Virus genome (UHGV): UHGV-0008471
Length of the DNA stretch: 31,257 nucleotides
Reading direction: 5' to 3' (one strand)
DNA from: a virus
Positions 25,924-31,257 of this stretch are shown piece by piece (the first letter of the stretch is position 1; every line of letters starts with the position of its first letter). The position numbers and the translations under genes were made by a program. The notes beneath the pieces are model-generated. The model ran no database searches. It saw nothing but the letters and a program-made list of their open reading frames with translations, and was not told the origin of the DNA.

Positions 25924-26112
25924 ATGGCACGAACAATGCTCTATAAGCCTGGCAACATGATCACCTGTGGTCAGTTTGCTGTCGATTACATCATTGTTGA
26001 TGACGAAGAAGTTAAATCTCACCTGAAAAAAGGTTGGGTAAAAACTCCTGAAGAAACCGCAACGAAGCAAAAAGTGGCTAAGGCGGAAGAAGATGGCGAA
26101 AACGAAGGGTGA
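25924..26112 (+). CDS. Small hypothetical protein (62 aa) after the coat gene
   Basis: ATG at 25924 preceded by GGGAGAAG; the upstream extension in the ORF track lacks an SD. Confidence 0.5.
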   Translation: MARTMLYKPGNMITCGQFAVDYIIVDDEEVKSHLKKGWVKTPEETATKQKVAKAEEDGENEG

Positions 26113-26554
26113 TCTCGTTCTAAAGGCTTTACGAAAAGCCGGGCTGTATTCCAATGCCACGTTGACAGATGCTGACCCTCAGGCAATTGAAGATGCCATT
26201 AATGACCTCGAAGACATGATGGCAGCATGGCAGGCTAAAGGTATCGAGCTTGGGTATCAGTTTGCTGATACAGAAAACGGCATCATGCCGTTACCTGACG
26301 ATGATTCAGGTATCCCTGCATGGGCAAATGATGGCGTCGCGTTGAAACTCGCTGTGCAAGTGTGCATGGATAACGTCATTCAGCCGTCAGACGCTCTCCT
26401 TACCGCTGCTGACAGTGCATATCAGACAATCTGTATCGCTTTAACCAAAATACCACCACTTGAGCGGCGAAATGACATGCCTCGCGGTAGTGGTAACAAA
26501 AGCGCGTTTACGTGGAATCGGTTTTACATCGAGAAAGATGATCCGAGTACGTGA
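26093..26554 (+). CDS. Head completion / packaged-DNA stabilisation protein (P22 gp4 homologue, 153 aa)
   Basis: N-terminus KTKGDLVLKALRKAGLYSNATLTDADPQAIEDAINDLEDMMAAW parallels P22 gp4 as recalled. Confidence 0.75.
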   Translation: MAKTKGDLVLKALRKAGLYSNATLTDADPQAIEDAINDLEDMMAAWQAKGIELGYQFADTENGIMPLPDDDSGIPAWANDGVALKLAVQVCMDNVIQPSDALLTAADSAYQTICIALTKIPPLERRNDMPRGSGNKSAFTWNRFYIEKDDPST

Positions 26555-26563
26555 GGTGAATAA

Positions 26564-27982
26564 ATGCCGATTCAGCAACTTCCGCTTATGAAAGGTGTCG
26601 GCAAAGACTTTCGAAACGCCGACTATATCGACTATCTGCCAGTGAATATGTTGGCTACACCCAAAGAAATCCTGAACAGCAGCGGATATCTTCGCTCATT
26701 CCCGGGCATTGCCAAACGTTCTGATGTGAACGGTGTATCTCGAGGCGTCGAGTACAACATGGCGCAGAGTGCTGTTTATCGCGTGTGTGGCGGCAAGCTC
26801 TACAAAGGCGAAAGCGAAGTCGGTGACGTCGCCGGAAGTGGTCGTGTATCAATGGCGCATGGTCGGACATCACAGGCGGTAGGCGTTAACGGGAAACTGG
26901 TCGAATACCGCTATGATGGCACGGTTAAAACCGTCTCAAACTGGCCTACAGACAGCGGATTCACGCAGTATGAGTTAGGTTCTGTTCGTGACATTACGCG
27001 CTTACGCGGGCGTTATGCGTGGTCAAAAGACGGAACTGATTCATGGTTTATCACTGACCTTGAAGACGAATCGCATCCTGACCGTTACAGCGCACAATAT
27101 CGCGCAGAATCGCAGCCGGACGGCATCATCGGTATCGGCACATGGCGAGACTTCATCGTCTGCTTTGGTTCATCGACGATTGAATATTTCTCCCTGACTG
27201 GTGCAACCACAGTTGGTGCTGCTTTGTATGTCGCCCAGCCATCGCTGATGGTGCAGAAAGGCATTGCCGGGACTTACTGCAAAACGCCATTCTCTGATTC
27301 ATATGCGTTCATCAGCAATCCGGCAACAGGTGCGCCGTCTGTGTACATCATCGGCTCCGGTCAGGTGTCATCAATCGCCAGTGCGAGCATTGAGAAAATC
27401 CTCCGCTCCTACACTGCTGATGAACTGGCTGATGGCGTGATGGAATCGTTGCGGTTTGATGCTCATGAGTTGCTGATTATCCATCTTCCGCGTCACGTCC
27501 TCGTGTACGATGCATCTTCAAGCGCCAATGGTCCGCAATGGTGTGTGCTGAAAACAGGACTGTATGATGATGTGTACCGCGCTATCGACTTCATTTACGA
27601 AGGCAATCAGATAACGTGCGGCGATAAGCTGGAGTCCGTGACCGGGAAATTGCAGTTCGACATCAGCTGCCAGTATGGGCTACAGCAAGAACACCTGTTG
27701 TTTACACCCCTCTTCAAAGCTGAGAACGCCAGATGTTTTGATCTGGAGGTGGAATCATCGACGGGTGTTGCTCAGTACGCGGACCGCCTTTTTCTCTCTG
27801 CAACCACTGACGGCATAAATTACGGACGTGAGCAGATGATTGAACAGAATGAACCGTTCGTTTACGACAAACGTGTTTTGTGGAAGCGAGTCGGGCGCAT
27901 CAGGAAAAATGTCGGCTTCAAATTGCGCGTTATCACGAAGTCACCAGTCACTCTGTCTGGCGCTCAGATAAGGATTGAGTAA
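26564..27982 (+). CDS. Tail accessory / DNA stabilisation protein (P22 gp10 homologue, 472 aa)
   Basis: Gene order gp4-gp10-gp26 and size matching P22 gp10. Confidence 0.75.
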   Translation: MPIQQLPLMKGVGKDFRNADYIDYLPVNMLATPKEILNSSGYLRSFPGIAKRSDVNGVSRGVEYNMAQSAVYRVCGGKLYKGESEVGDVAGSGRVSMAHGRTSQAVGVNGKLVEYRYDGTVKTVSNWPTDSGFTQYELGSVRDITRLRGRYAWSKDGTDSWFITDLEDESHPDRYSAQYRAESQPDGIIGIGTWRDFIVCFGSSTIEYFSLTGATTVGAALYVAQPSLMVQKGIAGTYCKTPFSDSYAFISNPATGAPSVYIIGSGQVSSIASASIEKILRSYTADELADGVMESLRFDAHELLIIHLPRHVLVYDASSSANGPQWCVLKTGLYDDVYRAIDFIYEGNQITCGDKLESVTGKLQFDISCQYGLQQEHLLFTPLFKAENARCFDLEVESSTGVAQYADRLFLSATTDGINYGREQMIEQNEPFVYDKRVLWKRVGRIRKNVGFKLRVITKSPVTLSGAQIRIE

Positions 27983-28683
27983 TGGCGGATTCGAATCTCA
28001 ATGTGCCGGTAATCATTCAGGCTACACGACTCGACACATCAGTCCTTCCACGCAATATCTTCTCGCAGTCGTATCTGCTTTACGTTATCGCACAGGGCAC
28101 TGATGTTGGTAACGTGGCGAACAAGGCCAACGAGGCCGGACAGGGTGCTTATGATGCACAAGTCAGGAACGATGAGCAGGATGTGATTCTGGTCGATCAC
28201 GAAGAAAGAATTCGTCAGCTCCGCATCGACGTAGACGACCATGAAATCCGTATTACTGCAAATACCAATGCAATCGCGTCGCTGGATGTCAGACTAACCA
28301 CGGCTGAAGGTGAAATAGTCACCTTGCAGGCTGATGTCAGTGCTCTCGATGGTAGAGTGACGGAGGCTGAAGGAAATATTTCTGCATTGCAGGACGATTA
28401 CGTATCGAAAACAGCAACAGCAACACAATCGCTGGCATCCCCCCTCAACGTAGCAACATCCTATTCAGTCGGCGGAACCAAGGTTATCGGTGCTCGTCAG
28501 ACAGGATGGACAGCGGCAACCGGAACGGCACTCCTCGGCGCATTCAACGCTAACCAGGCATACACGGTCGGCACTACGTACACACAATCCGAAGTCGCAG
28601 CTCTCGCTACAGGTTTGCAGCAGGCGCGGCAGCGTATTCTGGCGCTTGAAACAGCACTTAGATTACATGGGCTGATTGACTGA
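27982..28683 (+). CDS. Tail needle protein (P22 gp26 homologue, 233 aa)
   Basis: Trimeric coiled-coil needle signature; N-terminus [25 protein letters not shown] and C-terminus RLHGLID parallel P22 gp26 as recalled. Confidence 0.8.
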   Translation: MADSNLNVPVIIQATRLDTSVLPRNIFSQSYLLYVIAQGTDVGNVANKANEAGQGAYDAQVRNDEQDVILVDHEERIRQLRIDVDDHEIRITANTNAIASLDVRLTTAEGEIVTLQADVSALDGRVTEAEGNISALQDDYVSKTATATQSLASPLNVATSYSVGGTKVIGARQTGWTAATGTALLGAFNANQAYTVGTTYTQSEVAALATGLQQARQRILALETALRLHGLID

Positions 28684-29138
28684 TGATTACATTCAAACCA
28701 ACGCGAAACATCGACCTGATCGAAGCAGTCGGAAATCACCCTGACATTATTGCCGGGAGCAACAACGGTGATGGATACGACTACAAACCTGAATGCCGTT
28801 ACTTCGAGGTGAACGTGCACGGTCAGTTTGGCGGCATTGTTTACTATCAGGAGATTCAGCCGCTGACATTCGATTGCCACGCCATGTACCTGCCAGAGAT
28901 TCGCGGCTTCAGCAAGGAAATCGGGCTGGCGTTCTGGCGATACATTCTGACTAACACCACCGTTCAGTGCGTCACATCGTTCGCCGCACGCAAATTCCGC
29001 CACGGGCAGATTTACTGCGCAATGATTGGCCTTAAGCGTGTCGGAACCATCAAGAAATACTTTAAAGGCGTGGATGACGTGACTTTTTACAGCGCCACAC
29101 GCGAAGAACTAATCGACTTCCTGAGTCACGGGAGATAG
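28683..29138 (+). CDS. Head assembly / DNA-transfer protein (P22 gp14 homologue, 151 aa)
   Basis: Position after the needle gene in P22-like order. Confidence 0.6.
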   Translation: MITFKPTRNIDLIEAVGNHPDIIAGSNNGDGYDYKPECRYFEVNVHGQFGGIVYYQEIQPLTFDCHAMYLPEIRGFSKEIGLAFWRYILTNTTVQCVTSFAARKFRHGQIYCAMIGLKRVGTIKKYFKGVDDVTFYSATREELIDFLSHGR

Positions 29139-29140
29139 CC

Positions 29141-29833
29141 ATGTTATATGCATTTAAGCTGGGCAGAAAACTGCGCGGCGAGGAACCTTATTGCCCTGAA
29201 AAAGGCGGGAAAGGTGGCAGTTCTGATAAAAGCGCAAAGTATGCCGCAGAAGCTCAGAAGTATGCAGCAGACCTGCAAAATCAGCAGTGGCAGACGATCA
29301 TGAAAAACCTTGCTCCGTTCACGCCGCTTGCGGAGCAGTATGTTAACCAGCTTCAGAACCTTTCCAGTTTAGAAGGTCAGGGGCAGGCACTTAATCAGTA
29401 TTACAATTCTCAGCAGTATAAAGACCTTGCAGGTCAGGCTCGTTACCAGAGTCTTGCTGCTGCGGAGGCGACGGGTGGACTTGGTTCGACAGCCACAAGC
29501 AATCAACTGGCTACGATCGCGCCGACACTCGGTCAGTCTTGGTTATCAAATCAGATGAGCAATTACAACAATCTGGCAAACGTTGGGCTTGGTGCGCTGC
29601 AAGGTCAGGCAAACGCTGGGCAGACATACGCCAACAACATGAGCAGCATTGCACAGCAAAGCGCAGCACTTGCCGCTGCTAATGCCAATAAACCATCAAG
29701 TCTTCAGACTGCAATTAGCGGTGGCACGTCTGGTGCGATTGCCGGTGCAGGTCTTGCCAGCCTTTTGGGAACATCAACGCCTTGGGGCGCTGGCATTGGT
29801 GCTGGTATCGGATTGCTTGGCTCGTTGTTTTAA
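29141..29833 (+). CDS. Ejection protein (P22 gp7 homologue, 230 aa)
   Basis: MLYAFKLGRKLRGEEPYCPEKGGKGGS... N-terminus and Gly/Ala-rich hydrophobic C-terminus. Confidence 0.8.
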   Translation: MLYAFKLGRKLRGEEPYCPEKGGKGGSSDKSAKYAAEAQKYAADLQNQQWQTIMKNLAPFTPLAEQYVNQLQNLSSLEGQGQALNQYYNSQQYKDLAGQARYQSLAAAEATGGLGSTATSNQLATIAPTLGQSWLSNQMSNYNNLANVGLGALQGQANAGQTYANNMSSIAQQSAALAAANANKPSSLQTAISGGTSGAIAGAGLASLLGTSTPWGAGIGAGIGLLGSLF

Positions 29834-29842
29834 GGGGTAATC

Positions 29843-31213
29843 ATGGCTACTTGGCAAGGAACAAACGGCGGATTGTTGGCTGGTATCGGCGGCGTCAACT
29901 CAAACGCTCCGAGCGTAAATGACATCGGCAATACGCTTCAGCTTATCAGGCAGAACAATGATATTGAGCGTTCAGGCGCTAACAATGTTGGGCTGACTGC
30001 TTTGCAAGGCCTTTCAGGTATTGCGGGTGTTTTTCAGCAGGAAAAGCAGGCTCAGCGGAAGAAAGAATTTCAGCAGGCATACGCTAATGCTTATGCGTCT
30101 GGTGATCGCGGTGCTTTGCGTCAGTTGGCTACTCAATATCCAGACCAGATTGAATCCGTTCGTAAAGGCATGGGATTCATTGATGAAGACCAGCGTAATT
30201 CTATCGGTACATTAGCGGCTGGCGCTCGTCTTGCGGCATCGTCTCCAGAAGCAATGCAATCATGGCTGCAAAATAACGCCAAGGAACTGACTCGCGTCGG
30301 TGTTGACCCTAATAACGTTGCTCAGATGTATCAGCAGAATCCTTCAGGATTTGGTGAGTTTGTTGATCACCTTGGAATGGCTGCTCTTGGTCCTATTGAT
30401 TACTTCAATGTTCAGGACAAAATGGCTGGTCGTGAGATTGACCGAGGAAGACTGGCAGAGACAATCCGCAGCAATCAGGCTGGCGAGGCGCTAACAGCGC
30501 GTGGTCAGAATATCACGATGCGCGGTCAGGATTTATCGATGCAGAGAGCATCAATGAAAGGGTCGGTTGGGAATAATGAGCGTACAGTTCAGTTAGCAGA
30601 TGGCAGAACTGTAACGGTAGGCGGGAAGCTTCACGGCGCTGGGGCTAATGCGTTCTACGAAGGTATCGACAACGAGGGGAATATGGTTCGCGTCCCTGCT
30701 GGCTCTATTGCCGCTCCGGCTACATCGGCAGCAAGCGCGCAGAATTACGCAATGAAGAAAGATCTTGATGCAATTTCTGGTGCATCAATTGACGATCTTG
30801 GCTTCATGACTGGCATTACAGGCTCTTCAGGTTCTCCTGCTCTTGGTGCAGATATTCGTAGCCGTGCATCTGGTGGTGATCAGAGGAAACTATACAACGC
30901 TGCACAGCGAATCCAAGGAAAGATGCAGAATCAGGGCATTGCAGCAGCCAGAGACATGGGGGCATCCGGTATCAACACCGTTGCAGAAGCAAAGATGTAT
31001 TTTCAAGGTATGCCACAGGTTGATTTCTCAAGCCCTGAAGCACTGCAACAATCAATGCGCGACATTCAGCAATATACCGACAATTACAACCAGCAATATA
31101 ACGTTAATGTCGGTAATGGAGGGAAGAAATCATCAATGCAACAGCCGCCTACTCAGCAATCAGCAGGAGGTAGCTACACGTCAAAATCAGGCATTCAATT
31201 TACGGTGGAATGA
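29843..31213 (+). CDS. Ejection protein (P22 gp20 homologue, 456 aa)
   Basis: Position and size in P22-like order. Confidence 0.75.
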   Translation: MATWQGTNGGLLAGIGGVNSNAPSVNDIGNTLQLIRQNNDIERSGANNVGLTALQGLSGIAGVFQQEKQAQRKKEFQQAYANAYASGDRGALRQLATQYPDQIESVRKGMGFIDEDQRNSIGTLAAGARLAASSPEAMQSWLQNNAKELTRVGVDPNNVAQMYQQNPSGFGEFVDHLGMAALGPIDYFNVQDKMAGREIDRGRLAETIRSNQAGEALTARGQNITMRGQDLSMQRASMKGSVGNNERTVQLADGRTVTVGGKLHGAGANAFYEGIDNEGNMVRVPAGSIAAPATSAASAQNYAMKKDLDAISGASIDDLGFMTGITGSSGSPALGADIRSRASGGDQRKLYNAAQRIQGKMQNQGIAAARDMGASGINTVAEAKMYFQGMPQVDFSSPEALQQSMRDIQQYTDNYNQQYNVNVGNGGKKSSMQQPPTQQSAGGSYTSKSGIQFTVE

Positions 31214-31257
31214 TGAAAGTAACTGCAAACGGTAAGACATTTACCTTTCCTGATGGT
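31213..31257 (+). CDS. Ejection protein (P22 gp16 homologue), 5' fragment running off the window
   Basis: Begins [15 protein letters not shown] (an in-frame ATG also at 31210); truncated by the window end. Confidence 0.6.
   Translation, partial: MKVTANGKTFTFPDG

Noticed and set aside
25037-25936. 299-aa minus-strand ORF antisense to the coat gene
   Set aside because: Entirely overlaps the well-supported coat gene on the opposite strand; Arg/Cys-rich translation typical of antisense frames in GC-rich coding DNA.
28497-29003. 168-aa minus-strand ORF across the gp26/gp14 region
   Set aside because: Antisense to structural genes in conserved P22-like order; no SD or family resemblance.
1-31257. 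CRISPR array or rRNA/tRNA genes
   Set aside because: No regularly spaced short direct repeats with unique spacers and no rRNA- or tRNA-like structures found; the only strong direct repeats are the origin iterons inside the O-like gene.

Overview
This window reads as most of a mosaic lambdoid, P22-like temperate phage or prophage of an enterobacterial host; identifications are by reading the translations against remembered protein families, with no database search run. Positions 184-8054 carry the leftward early operon on the minus strand: xis-like gene, a block of small accessory genes, an Ead/Ea22-like gene, SSB, Erf recombinase, kil and cIII-like micro-ORFs, a coiled-coil protein and an N-like antiterminator. 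Positions 8055-9400 are a P22-type immunity region (pL/OL, nutL, c2-like repressor, OR/pR, cro, nutR, c1/cII-like). Positions 9700-16533 hold replication (O-like with internal iterons, DnaB-like helicase) and a nin region carrying an inserted AT-rich HNH endonuclease, an antirepressor, RusA, NinH and a lambda-type Q. Positions 16570-18214 are a lambda-like late promoter and lysis cassette (S, R, Rz/Rz1). Positions 18643-31257 are an Sf6/P22-like packaging and head module (Rha-like gene, TerS, TerL, portal, scaffold, coat, gp4/gp10/gp26 homologues, ejection proteins), running off the right edge. No integrase, tRNA, rRNA or CRISPR array was found. The most likely candidates for something undescribed are the AT-rich, terminator-flanked gene at 7021-7491 just downstream of N, the acidic protein beside it, and the uncharacterised accessory genes between xis and the recombination module.
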